The notes beneath the pieces are model-generated. The model did not search any database. It saw nothing but the letters and a program-made list of their open reading frames with translations, and had not been told where the DNA came from. Made by a program: the position numbers and the translations under genes. 51,167 nt of DNA from a virus. Its lineage: Duplodnaviria > Caudoviricetes. Positions 9,267-17,975 of this stretch are shown piece by piece. The stretch lies in IMG/VR virus record IMGVR_UViG_3300048838_000881, positions 1 through 51,167 of that record; one strand, 5' to 3'. Within the stretch, counting starts at the first letter, position 1. The number at the start of each line of letters is the position of its first letter.

Positions 9267-9704
9267 TCATTTTCCCCTTCTCATGTTTAAACGTTTCACT
9301 ATTTTCGGTTCTTCTATGCCTGGCGCTCTAAAATCGTCGCGACCCTCTGCGATTGCTTGCTCAAGCTCTTGCTGATACCACGAGTTAAGCGTCGCACTAT
9401 GCACCGTCGCTAGATCTTCGAACGTTCCGCATTCTTTTAGATATTCAAAAAATTCGGCTTTTCGATCGCCCGTCGGCACGCGCACGGAAAACATGCTTTG
9501 CACGCTGAGCGTTCCGAAGCCAGGAACGTGCTGCTTTTCTATCTCAGAGGCTTCCATGTATGCAAGCACTTTCGCTTTCAACATCTCCAGGAGACATGTC
9601 TCAATCTTTAAAGCCGACGCCATTTCGTCGACCTTTATACGCTGCGCCCAGATAGCTTTACATAAACTCTGAAAATCAGTTAGCGTGGGGTTATCTTTCG
9701 TCAT
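9267..9704 (-). CDS. Phage replication-module protein of unknown function
   Basis: N-terminal coiled coil, TVH..TLNSW and PGIE motifs; lies between the helicase and the SSB-like gene. Confidence 0.6.
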   Translation of the reverse strand: MTKDNPTLTDFQSLCKAIWAQRIKVDEMASALKIETCLLEMLKAKVLAYMEASEIEKQHVPGFGTLSVQSMFSVRVPTGDRKAEFFEYLKECGTFEDLATVHSATLNSWYQQELEQAIAEGRDDFRAPGIEEPKIVKRLNMRRGK

Positions 9705-11125
9705 ATTAACTTTCCTTTTATCGTTAGAATTGTGTTCGCTATATTCTCTTTCGACGCGAGCGCGTCGAGAATCACTTCGTCAATCGTGCCGGGCGTCACA
9801 AGATCTATACGCGTGATACTCGTGTGCCGTTCGCTGCCGCCTCGATAATTGCGCGCCTCGCTTTGCAGATCGTCCTCTAGACGAAAATTGCGCGAGTAAT
9901 AGATCGCATAGCTTGCTGCCGTGAGATTTATGCCTGTGCCGCCAGCTGCTTGATTCGCTAGCATGACGTGCACCGACGAATCATCTTGAAAAGCGTCGAT
10001 TGCCGCCTGGCGTTCGCTATCTTTCATACCGCCAACGAGACTCACGTACTTTATACCTAGCTCGTCAAGCATCGTGCCGATCGCTCGATAGTTCTCGCGA
10101 AAGCATGCCCAAATAATTGCTTTTTCACCAGTGGGGATATTTTCAAGCGTATCGCGCAGCGCGTCGATGCGCGGATTCTTCTCATAGACCGTCGCCGCGC
10201 CGTTCGTATCGACGAAAAAGCCGGTTAGAATTTGCTGGAGCCTAAGCCCTTTCGTCAGTGCAAGCTCGGCAACGCAAGCTTTATCGTCAAGATACGCAAT
10301 AAAACTGCGAAGCATCTCGCGATAGTTTTTCGCTTGCGCTGGCGACATCTCGCAATAGACGCGTTTTCGCACGAGCGGCGGCAGGTCCATGCACTCGGAT
10401 TTGAGCACGCGCATCGCTTTCGTATACATTCTATCTTGCAGCGCTTGATACGCGCCATCGCGGGGGCGCCAGTCGGGGAAATATTTGTGCGACGGCATCC
10501 CGGCGTTGCGATCAAAGAAATAATGATTACGGAATACGCAGAAATTTTGCCCGAACGTCGCCCCCGCATCAAGAATACGATACTGCGCGAAGACGTCCAT
10601 CGGAGAATTTAGAATCGGCGTGCCGGTAAGTATATAGCGATGCGCCGCGCGATCGGCGAGCGATATCGCGGAGCGCGTGCGCTTAGCGCTTATCGACTTG
10701 CAGCGATGCGACTCGTCAAATATCAAAATCTCGGGCGAATACCAAAGCAGCGCACGGTGCACGTCAGCCATCGCCAGGCCCTCGTAGTTCATAATCAGAA
10801 TTTTATGCTCGTCAGCACGGCATAGTTTCTCTAGCGTTTCCACACGTTTTTTCCCGGCGCCCGTGAGCGTGACAACATCTTGCGCCGGGATATTTGAGAA
10901 GCGCGCTAGCTCGCGCCGCCAGTTTTCGACGACCGCTATTGGCCCGACGATAAGCGTGCGCCGCACACGCCCTGCTTCGTCGAATCTGCGCGCTAGAATA
11001 TTGATCGCCGTGCACGTCTTGCCCCCGCCGAGATCTATAAATAAAGCATAATCTCGTTGCGCGAGCGCCTGAGCGACGCCGCGTCGCTGGTGTTCCCATA
11101 GCTTTATATCCGTTTTCGTATACAT
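9701..11125 (-). CDS. SNF2-family (SF2) helicase
   Basis: DLGGGKT, DESH, LTGTP, GTGINLT and QSEARNYR motifs. Confidence 0.95.
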   Translation of the reverse strand: MYTKTDIKLWEHQRRGVAQALAQRDYALFIDLGGGKTCTAINILARRFDEAGRVRRTLIVGPIAVVENWRRELARFSNIPAQDVVTLTGAGKKRVETLEKLCRADEHKILIMNYEGLAMADVHRALLWYSPEILIFDESHRCKSISAKRTRSAISLADRAAHRYILTGTPILNSPMDVFAQYRILDAGATFGQNFCVFRNHYFFDRNAGMPSHKYFPDWRPRDGAYQALQDRMYTKAMRVLKSECMDLPPLVRKRVYCEMSPAQAKNYREMLRSFIAYLDDKACVAELALTKGLRLQQILTGFFVDTNGAATVYEKNPRIDALRDTLENIPTGEKAIIWACFRENYRAIGTMLDELGIKYVSLVGGMKDSERQAAIDAFQDDSSVHVMLANQAAGGTGINLTAASYAIYYSRNFRLEDDLQSEARNYRGGSERHTSITRIDLVTPGTIDEVILDALASKENIANTILTIKGKLI

Positions 11126-11145
11126 AATGCTTTTCTTCTTTCTAT

Positions 11146-11173
11146 AAAAAGACCCCCTGGCGCACCAGGGGGG
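11146..11173 (-). terminator. Intrinsic terminator-like hairpin
   Basis: ACCCCCTGG-cgca-CCAGGGGGT with a U-tract on the minus strand. Confidence 0.65.
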
Positions 11174-11479
11174 TTAGCTTTTAAAAAATCCTTCGACTAG
11201 CTCGACGACTATGCCCGTTAGATCTTCAGCGTATACGTCTTTCGCGCCGCCGACGTATTTTAGAGAGCGCCCTGCATAGACGGCCACATGGTAGGTATCC
11301 GACGCGTGAAGCAGGATTATGACTTTGCAGTTTTTGCGGCCAAAAAAGGAAGCGTTAAATTGAAGGCCGCCAAGGTAGGCATCGCGCTCTTTTAGAGCTA
11401 CAAATTTTGTTGCGCCGATTGCGCAAAGTTCCATTGGTTGAATTTGGCTTTTGATCGTTGTTGCTAGTGCTCGACTCAT
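11174..11479 (-). CDS. Hypothetical (likely early) protein
   Basis: ORF with strong AAGGAA RBS next to the AT-rich divergent region. Confidence 0.7.
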   Translation of the reverse strand: MSRALATTIKSQIQPMELCAIGATKFVALKERDAYLGGLQFNASFFGRKNCKVIILLHASDTYHVAVYAGRSLKYVGGAKDVYAEDLTGIVVELVEGFFKS

Positions 11480-11744
11480 TTCGTGTTTCCTTCTTTCTTG
11501 GTGAGGGGCTTCCCCACGTGGGTTGCTTCTTTTATATCTTGATTCGCTAGCTTGCGCAAGCTTATATAGATAGCCGTAAGCTCTAGAGCTATCCCCATGT
11601 TTAATAACTAAAATATCAAAAAAGCTAAATATATAGGATGCTTATACGATTTATCTAAAGATTTTTAATAAAATGTCGATATGTATGATATATGCAGAAA
11701 TGAGACGGAGAACGAAAAAATATTCTAATAAGGAGTAACCAGTT
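11480..11744. promoter_or_regulatory. AT-rich divergent control region with palindromes
   Basis: Perfect palindromes AGCTTGCGCAAGCT (11549-11562) and AGCTCTAGAGCT (11579-11590) between divergent genes. Confidence 0.55.
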
Positions 11745-11927
11745 ATGCCAGTAATATCGTTTTCGCTGACGAAAGAAGAAAAAGAACGCTTCGAGGTGAT
11801 TGCTCTAGCGCTCGGCGTGTCTAAATCAGAACTGTTTCGCCGCATCCTACAGCACTGGGCCGGCGAGCATATACGCACGACAAGAAAGGAGCCCAGCAAT
11901 GACGGCGCTACTAAGAAAAGATCTTGA
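11745..11927 (+). CDS. Ribbon-helix-helix (CopG/Arc-like) regulator
   Basis: VISFSLTKEEKERFEVIALALGVSKSELFRRIL; SD AAGGAG. Confidence 0.8.
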   Translation: MPVISFSLTKEEKERFEVIALALGVSKSELFRRILQHWAGEHIRTTRKEPSNDGATKKRS

Positions 11928-12132
11928 AGAAATTAAAAATAAAATGACAACAGCATTCACAGCGCTCGGTGCGCTGCACAAAAAGATAAATGAGCTACCA
12001 AATACGAAAGACTACGTGAGCTTAAAGATATTGACATGCGATAGCTATAAGCTTGAAATGCGCAATTATATGCGCGAACTTGAGCAAGAGATCAACAAAA
12101 CTACGCTGGAGGTCATCACGCATGGCGAATAA
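11899..12132 (+). CDS. Hypothetical coiled-coil protein
   Basis: SD AAGGAG; overlaps both neighbours. Confidence 0.6.
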   Translation: MTALLRKDLEEIKNKMTTAFTALGALHKKINELPNTKDYVSLKILTCDSYKLEMRNYMRELEQEINKTTLEVITHGE

Positions 12133-12340
12133 TAAAGCTTATATCGAGCGAGAACTAATTGCTCTTGGACTCGACCGCACATCAGACGCTTTTCAATACA
12201 TTAAGCTAGAAGCTGAGGCGGCTGCCGAGATTCTTTCTAAACGCGAGGTGCTTGATCTAATAGCTGATCTCGTGCACGGACCGCTTGCGCTGCCTACGAT
12301 GATGTTTCTTGGTGATTCTGATTATGAAAGCGAAGATTAA
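12122..12340 (+). CDS. Hypothetical protein
   Basis: ATG 12122 with SD GGAGG (MANNKAYIE...). Confidence 0.55.
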   Translation: MANNKAYIERELIALGLDRTSDAFQYIKLEAEAAAEILSKREVLDLIADLVHGPLALPTMMFLGDSDYESED

Positions 12341-13250
12341 GCGCATATTCTTCGTGCGGGTTAGCTGCAAGATCTCTCACAAGCATATTTTCTTTTTTAA
12401 AGCGTGAGTAATCTACATAATGATGATGACGATTAAATTTATGCACCATCCGCGCAACATCCGAATGCACGCGCGCAAGCATGAGAGATTTAGCTAGCGT
12501 CCCAGTATCTGCATATTTCGAGCTACCGCGCACCTTCCCCTCTACGTGATAAAACTCATCCGTATTACCGCCCTTGAGCGCTTGCGTACCAAGCTTATTT
12601 TGCAAGAATGCATTGAATTGAATCGTGCACCATTTTGCTTTCAACATATCGAGCGATAGAATCGTATCTTCGTTATAGCGCCCGCGCCAGCGAAACGGTA
12701 CGTCATTGCGTATAAGATTGCATGAATAAATTCGCGTATTCAACGTGAACGGCGGCAGCGCCGCGGCGCCGAAAGCGAACATCGAATAATTAGGCCCGGC
12801 CATCGCCACGTTTCGATAGCGCAACACGAAATCTTCTTGCGCTCTAAAGAATACGGGATTTATAATCTTAATGCGCTCTTTACGCGTCATCCGTCGAAAG
12901 CACGAGATATTATCGTCCATCACCCAGTGCCACGCAGCGCCAAGCTCTGCGATCGAATAATCCCACGCGAAATTACGCGCTGGACCTGGCCCCGTACTCT
13001 TCGTCAATCCGAAATCGTCACACAATTCATATTTTTCTTTATACGATAGATCAAGTTCAAGCACCGTGGCGTCAAGCTGCATCGTCTCGACCGCTCTTTT
13101 ATATGCGATTACCTCTTGCGGTTCGACGACGAGATAATGAGCGACACCCATTTCCGTGAGTGCTTTCGACGTGAGCATATACTGTGCGCGTCCCTTCGTG
13201 GGTATAAATAGCGGGAAGCGCGGATAATTATTCCCAGCGTTTTGCTTCAA
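12294..13250 (-). CDS. GT-A fold glycosyltransferase, TET-associated (TAGT)/GREB1-like
   Basis: FIPTKGR, VVEPQE, GPGPARNFAWD, WVMDDNI, RIYSCNLI, GRYNED and GGNT motifs. Confidence 0.8.
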   Translation of the reverse strand: MKQNAGNNYPRFPLFIPTKGRAQYMLTSKALTEMGVAHYLVVEPQEVIAYKRAVETMQLDATVLELDLSYKEKYELCDDFGLTKSTGPGPARNFAWDYSIAELGAAWHWVMDDNISCFRRMTRKERIKIINPVFFRAQEDFVLRYRNVAMAGPNYSMFAFGAAALPPFTLNTRIYSCNLIRNDVPFRWRGRYNEDTILSLDMLKAKWCTIQFNAFLQNKLGTQALKGGNTDEFYHVEGKVRGSSKYADTGTLAKSLMLARVHSDVARMVHKFNRHHHYVDYSRFKKENMLVRDLAANPHEEYALNLRFHNQNHQETSS

Positions 13251-13862
13251 GATCGCGCCTCTCTTTTTTCGGGTGCCAGATCGACTTCGTTTTTTCCGTG
13301 CAGCTTTGCCCGATCAGCTTAAAGAAATCTTCAACATCTTCCGGGGTATCAAAATTTACGATTATCTTTCGATAGCACGGCGCTGAATCTTCGAAATCCG
13401 GCATCGCGTCGTCCCACTCGCGCTTCGCATCTTCGGCGTTTAGCGCACGCAAAGCGCCGTCGCCCAGAATATTTGGGTCGATCGACATGATTTCGATATT
13501 CGAGAAGCCAAGAAAATCGAGATTAAAATCCATGCCCTTGAGCAAGAACATTTCATTTTTTAGGCTATCGATATCCCACTCGGATTCGGCGAGCTTGTTA
13601 TCCGCGATGCGCGCCGCTTTCACCTGCGCGGGCGTGAGATCCGAGCGCACGATGACCGGCACCTCGCGCATGCCGAGCCGCTCGGCAGCGAGCCGTCGAC
13701 AGTGGCCCTTGATGATAACGCCCTCCGCATCGACGACGATCGGCTGATCGAAGCCAAACTCGGCGATCGCCGAGCAAGCTTTATCACTTGCTCGGCGGGG
13801 TGCTTTTTAATATTATTGAAATAAGGCTTGATCGAGCTAAGCTCGCGCATTTCGCTTTGCAT
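13228..13862 (-). pseudogene. ParB/Srx-like protein with C-terminal domain, split by a 1-nt frameshift near 13770
   Basis: N-part IKPYFNNIKKHPAEQVIKLA (13862 frame) continues as AIAEFGFDQPIVVD..IIKGHCR..RIADNK in the 13228..13671 frame. Confidence 0.8.
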
Positions 13863-13928
13863 GATTGATTTCTCTCTAGTATATTTGGCCTATACTAATA
13901 TGCGCCGCCCCTGCGTGGCTATCTCTTT

Positions 13929-14249
13929 TTAATTGCCGAGCTCGCCGCTCGCATTGCGATAGCGAACGATCGCGCAATATTCCTCGTGCCCGGCGACGGC
14001 AGCCGCGAGCGTAGAATAACGCGCCTGATAGTGCTTAAAATCATTGTCATAGAAAATCATCGTCTCAAATATGATCGGCGCCTCGCGCGGATTTATGCCG
14101 TGGTCAATCCCCAGGCACACGGTCGACACCAGTGTTTTACCTATATACTCCTGGCGCACGATGCGATTTTCGGGCACCTTTGCCCACGCGGCCCACTCGT
14201 TTACGTCCCTCGTTTTGACGACCTCGCCGTCAATCAGCATATAATACAT
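13929..14249 (-). CDS. Hypothetical phage protein
   Basis: VSTVCLGIDH...IFETMIF...RYST...GH pattern; SD GGAG. Confidence 0.7.
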   Translation of the reverse strand: MYYMLIDGEVVKTRDVNEWAAWAKVPENRIVRQEYIGKTLVSTVCLGIDHGINPREAPIIFETMIFYDNDFKHYQARYSTLAAAVAGHEEYCAIVRYRNASGELGN

Positions 14250-14255
14250 AGCCGT

Positions 14256-14480
14256 CTACTCCAGGTTATCTACACCGTACTCGCTTAGAATCTCATGAAA
14301 TCTTTCGCGTACTTGCACGAGGATATCTTTCTCAGCAGTCGAATACCCCTCATTATATTTAACCTCGGAGCGTAGATACTCGGTCATAGCCTTTATAGCG
14401 CATTGCATATAATCAGCTTTTATATGCGTGTTATACGCGGCCGCGTCCTCCGGAAGATTGAATTCAAGGATTACTTTCAT
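14256..14480 (-). CDS. Hypothetical phage protein
   Basis: MKVILEFNLPED N-terminus; SD GAGGA. Confidence 0.7.
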   Translation of the reverse strand: MKVILEFNLPEDAAAYNTHIKADYMQCAIKAMTEYLRSEVKYNEGYSTAEKDILVQVRERFHEILSEYGVDNLE

Positions 14481-14504
14481 ATTTTTATTTCCTCGCCAGG
14501 GGGG

Positions 14505-14527
14505 AGGGGCTCAAAATCTGAGCCCCT
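14505..14527. terminator. Intergenic hairpin
   Basis: AGGGGCTCA-aaatc-TGAGCCCCT; no clear U-tract. Confidence 0.35.
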
Positions 14528-14534
14528 TAAAAAT

Positions 14535-14822
14535 CTATGCAATATCTCCACGTTCTTCTATGATATCTAGCGCCACGAGCGCCTGGCGCAGGCCCATGAT
14601 TGCATACTCGATCTCTCTTGCATGCACGTGCGGGTGCGCTCGCCGCTCCTCGTCTAAGCCTTCTAGCACAGCGATCAGCACGTCGCTCGCTCTTATCTTC
14701 AATCTATACGGTTTAACGTCCATGCGCGTCGTGCTCCAGGGGGCTTTTTCGAGTAAGGTGCCCCGTAACGTGGGGCTGACGATCATCTCAAGATAGGCCG
14801 CGACACCTATATCTATGTGCAC
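14535..14822 (-). CDS. Hypothetical protein
   Basis: ORF in the minus-strand array. Confidence 0.5.
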   Translation of the reverse strand: MHIDIGVAAYLEMIVSPTLRGTLLEKAPWSTTRMDVKPYRLKIRASDVLIAVLEGLDEERRAHPHVHAREIEYAIMGLRQALVALDIIEERGDIA

Positions 14823-15032
14823 CTAGACCAGGGCGTTCTTGTGTCTGCTGACTCATTTAAATAACGATGACAATTCGTTACCCCTGTGCGCTTCTCCAGG
14901 GCTTACGACTTGAACGTAATGGCTTCCAAAGCACCCAGCTTCCAGCGCCGCGTGAGACAATTCAAAACTGTGAGCAGTTTGCATCATGCTCAGGATGATT
15001 ATCCCAATTGACGAGGATTGAGATAATTCAAA

Positions 15033-15527
15033 TCAAACTTGACTCGTACCCTCAACGCCTCTTGTTTCGCGGTTCTTTTTTCTTTTTTCAAGCCAATACA
15101 GCGCTTGACCCAAGCCGTGAATAGCGCGCTCGTTTTCTTTACAAGGATATGCCTTGTTTAGTTCTTCAAGAATCATTAAGGAAGCCTCAATTAAAGTATC
15201 AATCTGACAGCCATTAACGCCAACTTCTTTGATCGGTCCTTTTTGAAGCGTGAAAGCAATTGAATTTACGTCTTGTCGCACATAGACAAAATTATGTGGT
15301 CTGATATCCGCTTCAAACCATTTATAATCCATTGCTCCGGATTCGTTAAATTTCTCCGGATATTTTTCTCGAAGCTCGTCCATGATTACAACAGGAAACC
15401 CACCGATCTCTTTCACGCCCTTTAATGTTTCTAATGCCATTAGATTCTTATCCTTTCGTTTATGCGGCCAAACACAATCGCCTCTGCCGCAAAATGGTGT
15501 TCTTATATTTGGCGCGCATTTGCACAT
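15033..15527 (-). CDS. tad1: Tad1-like (Acb2/Tad1 hairpin) immune-signal sponge, anti-Thoeris/CBASS
   Basis: FTLQKGPIKEVGVNGCQIDTLIE...PCKENERAI..L.QALYWLEKR..NRETRGVEGT matches the Tad1 C-terminal pattern. Alternative start at 15440 (MALETLKG) has SD AAGGA. Confidence 0.8.
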   Translation of the reverse strand: MCKCAPNIRTPFCGRGDCVWPHKRKDKNLMALETLKGVKEIGGFPVVIMDELREKYPEKFNESGAMDYKWFEADIRPHNFVYVRQDVNSIAFTLQKGPIKEVGVNGCQIDTLIEASLMILEELNKAYPCKENERAIHGLGQALYWLEKRKKNRETRGVEGTSQV

Positions 15528-15878
15528 TCAAAAATCCCAAAAACTTTTTTCATTGGCGGCGTCCTTCTGCAAATGCCCATCTATATGCATTTTTATAGCT
15601 TCTCGCATGCATGCATCATAGGGCGTGAGGTATTTCTGCACATCCATAAATAATTCTCTTAACCTTGGAAGCCGCTTAATCGACTCAATAATCGGAGCAT
15701 CCGGACCCGCATCGCATGCCTCGCTGTTTGAAATCTCATGGGCTACATGTGAAAATTCTTCTAAGAACTTACCCCAAAGCTTAGTTAATTGGTCCCTACC
15801 CCCCTTGCAATCATTTGCACAGCTCGCTATTTTCTGATGAAAATAACCCCTTTCGTACTCGCCAAATTCTCTGCTCAT
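15528..15878 (-). CDS. Hypothetical accessory protein
   Basis: Coupled ORF in the AT-richer array. Confidence 0.7.
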   Translation of the reverse strand: MSREFGEYERGYFHQKIASCANDCKGGRDQLTKLWGKFLEEFSHVAHEISNSEACDAGPDAPIIESIKRLPRLRELFMDVQKYLTPYDACMREAIKMHIDGHLQKDAANEKSFWDF

Positions 15879-16159
15879 TCCTTCTCCGATTCTTCTAAAC
15901 CTAACGGCGAAACAATAATTACGCCGGATCTGTCTCTATGAAATTTCTCGTGCAAATATGCTAAGAGGATGACCTTTGCTTGTTTATTGGGCCTCATTTT
16001 ATTGGAAACTAGATGCATATCCTTTAAGAGTTCCATAGCTGAATAAGAAATTCCATACCCAGCAATAAGGTCAGCAATAGAGCTGGTGATTCTAAGAGCC
16101 GTAATATCCCCTTTAAAATAATTCCAAATTTCTTTTGATGGCCTTAACTTTTCAATCAC
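15875..16159 (-). CDS. Hypothetical accessory protein
   Basis: Coupled ORF (TAGTG and ATGA overlaps). Confidence 0.7.
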   Translation of the reverse strand: MIEKLRPSKEIWNYFKGDITALRITSSIADLIAGYGISYSAMELLKDMHLVSNKMRPNKQAKVILLAYLHEKFHRDRSGVIIVSPLGLEESEKE

Positions 16160-16359
16160 TATTCATTTTCCCAAACCACTTGCATCTCTTTTCTCAATTT
16201 CTTGGTTACTGGTATGCGCATAAAATCTAAAAGACAAGGCCAACAGCTCCAGCGTAGAGATATGACGAGTTTTCTATCTTGAATCTTGGCCTGCACCATA
16301 TTCACAGCTTCTAGCTTGCATAAAGCGCATTTCCTTTTTCTTGGAGCAGACAGCCTCAT
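16159..16359 (-). CDS. Small Zn-finger accessory protein
   Basis: CALC...CWPC. Confidence 0.65.
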   Translation of the reverse strand: MRLSAPRKRKCALCKLEAVNMVQAKIQDRKLVISLRWSCWPCLLDFMRIPVTKKLRKEMQVVWENE

Positions 16360-16727
16360 CCCTTCTCCCGTTCAGTCTGTGCAAGAATCTTCTCGACCGC
16401 AATGATGCAACGCGCTTTTAGTGTCGGGTCAGCCTTTAATTTATCTATGCTTTGCTTAAAAATTCCTTCGCCAAATGAATTAGTTATTTCTTTAGCAATC
16501 TTTTTTCGCATGCCCTCTTTCATCGCAGCACGAAAAGATTCATCGAGCATTACAGCGTCGATTGATTCTTTGAGCCACGCTTCAATTTCTGATCCATAAG
16601 TTGAAAAGCATCTATTGATAATTGGTTTTAATGGAGAATTATAACCATCTCCAAGCATCTTTCTAATACTATCGGAAATTGCTGATTTAACTTCGCCTAG
16701 CACAGCTTTATCTAAATCATCCATCAT
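16356..16727 (-). CDS. Hypothetical helical accessory protein
   Basis: Coupled ORF with SD GGAGAAGG. Confidence 0.7.
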   Translation of the reverse strand: MMDDLDKAVLGEVKSAISDSIRKMLGDGYNSPLKPIINRCFSTYGSEIEAWLKESIDAVMLDESFRAAMKEGMRKKIAKEITNSFGEGIFKQSIDKLKADPTLKARCIIAVEKILAQTEREKG

Positions 16728-16960
16728 TCCTTCTCCAATCCGAAAGCACAGTCTCCAAGTTTGTCAAATTCTTCATCAAAAACATGGATAGCTAACAATG
16801 ATAATAGGATTAGTATCATCGAGGCGATGCCAAGCCACATAACATGTGTAACCATAAATGCCAGCAGCCCTACCCAGGGGGACAATAAAAGAAACACGAT
16901 TAACCCTAAACCAAGGTAAGCCGCCATTGGCTTGAAAGTTTCCCAATTTAGAGGCTTCAT
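16724..16960 (-). CDS. Small two-TM membrane protein
   Basis: Two hydrophobic stretches; coupled ORF. Confidence 0.7.
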   Translation of the reverse strand: MKPLNWETFKPMAAYLGLGLIVFLLLSPWVGLLAFMVTHVMWLGIASMILILLSLLAIHVFDEEFDKLGDCAFGLEKE

Positions 16961-17340
16961 TCCTTCTCCAAATCTTCTACTGCAAGCTTTAATTCGCCGA
17001 AATCTCGATTAAAGCTGTACCCGAATTTAGTGCTTTTAAAAAACGTATAATCCGTAAGGGCTTTAGCCGCTTCCGCAAGCTTGATGAATTTATCATACGT
17101 ATTCGCAGCCATAACGAAAAACTCTGCATCATTTTCCAATAAAGGGGTAGGAGAGTAAGAGTCATCTTGCATGGTAGTATTCTTATCGAATAATTCCTTC
17201 TCATCGCCAGGTGTGTAATTTAGTACAGCTGTATAACTCCGGCCTGACTCTGATTCAAAATGACAATCTTTCTCTAAAAAGAAAGACCATTTACCTTTGC
17301 TCCTTTTCGCAGCAATCTTTTTCATATCTTCGAGTTTCAC
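16957..17340 (-). CDS. Hypothetical accessory protein
   Basis: Coupled ORF with a GKW...NDAEF..A pattern. Confidence 0.7.
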   Translation of the reverse strand: MKLEDMKKIAAKRSKGKWSFFLEKDCHFESESGRSYTAVLNYTPGDEKELFDKNTTMQDDSYSPTPLLENDAEFFVMAANTYDKFIKLAEAAKALTDYTFFKSTKFGYSFNRDFGELKLAVEDLEKE

Positions 17341-17582
17341 TATTTAGCCTCGCGCAATAAATCTGAGAGTTTTCTATCCTTCAGCCTTTTCAAAGCCCTG
17401 TGGAATCTGATTTTTTGAATTAAACTAAATCTATGCTTAAAGGGCGTATAGAGGCCATACGAAAAAATACCGTTCCCTATCCAAACACTAAAACGTGAGT
17501 CGGCATACACCAGCGTATACTGATCAAACGAAAACTTATGGGGGCACTCCTCCATTTTCTTTAGCAGAAGATCGAAGCTCAT
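17340..17582 (-). CDS. Hypothetical accessory protein
   Basis: Coupled ORF. Confidence 0.65.
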   Translation of the reverse strand: MSFDLLLKKMEECPHKFSFDQYTLVYADSRFSVWIGNGIFSYGLYTPFKHRFSLIQKIRFHRALKRLKDRKLSDLLREAK

Positions 17583-17812
17583 TTCTTAACCTCATTATCT
17601 CGGCACTGGTGTCTAAGCGTCGCCCAATTTTTAAATCCATGCTTCTCAGCTAAAGCATTCAAAGCTTGTGTCTGCGATAAACCAGTGAGCTTCTTTATTT
17701 GCTTGGCTTGTTTTTTCAAATCTTTGATTTTGTCGGCAACTTGTACACTCTCAACTTTCAAGCATTGACTCCCTTGCGCGGATGCTCGCCACGTAGCTCT
17801 CAAATGCTTCAA
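17579..17812 (-). CDS. Small helical protein (LK.QAK...ALN.LA...GF..W motif); start probably near 17750
   Basis: KDLKKQAKQIKKLTGLSQTQALNALAEKHGFKNWATL. Confidence 0.6.
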   Translation of the reverse strand: MKHLRATWRASAQGSQCLKVESVQVADKIKDLKKQAKQIKKLTGLSQTQALNALAEKHGFKNWATLRHQCRDNEVKK

Positions 17813-17975
17813 GCACGTTTGCCTCTAAATAAATTTCGTCCCATCCATGCGCTCGCTTCGTTCTAAGCAGAAATTGATAGCCATCGTAACTCGCATAGAC
17901 ACCGTCGCCGATATATACTTCTTCATTCTTCATCCAACACCTCTCGGACTTGATAGTTTTATACGCGTGTTTCAT
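17751..17975 (-). CDS. Hypothetical phage protein
   Basis: YIGDGVYASYDGY...EIYLE pattern; ATGA overlap at 17972-17975. Confidence 0.65.
   Translation of the reverse strand: MKHAYKTIKSERCWMKNEEVYIGDGVYASYDGYQFLLRTKRAHGWDEIYLEANVLEAFESYVASIRARESMLES

Noticed and set aside
13228-13862. ParB as a plasmid-prophage partition system
   Set aside because: No ParA ATPase or HTH seen; the gene is coupled to the glycosyltransferase instead.
14823-15032. Possible small ORF or ncRNA in the gap after Tad1
   Set aside because: Only a ~44-codon ORF without a convincing RBS, and no recognisable RNA structure.
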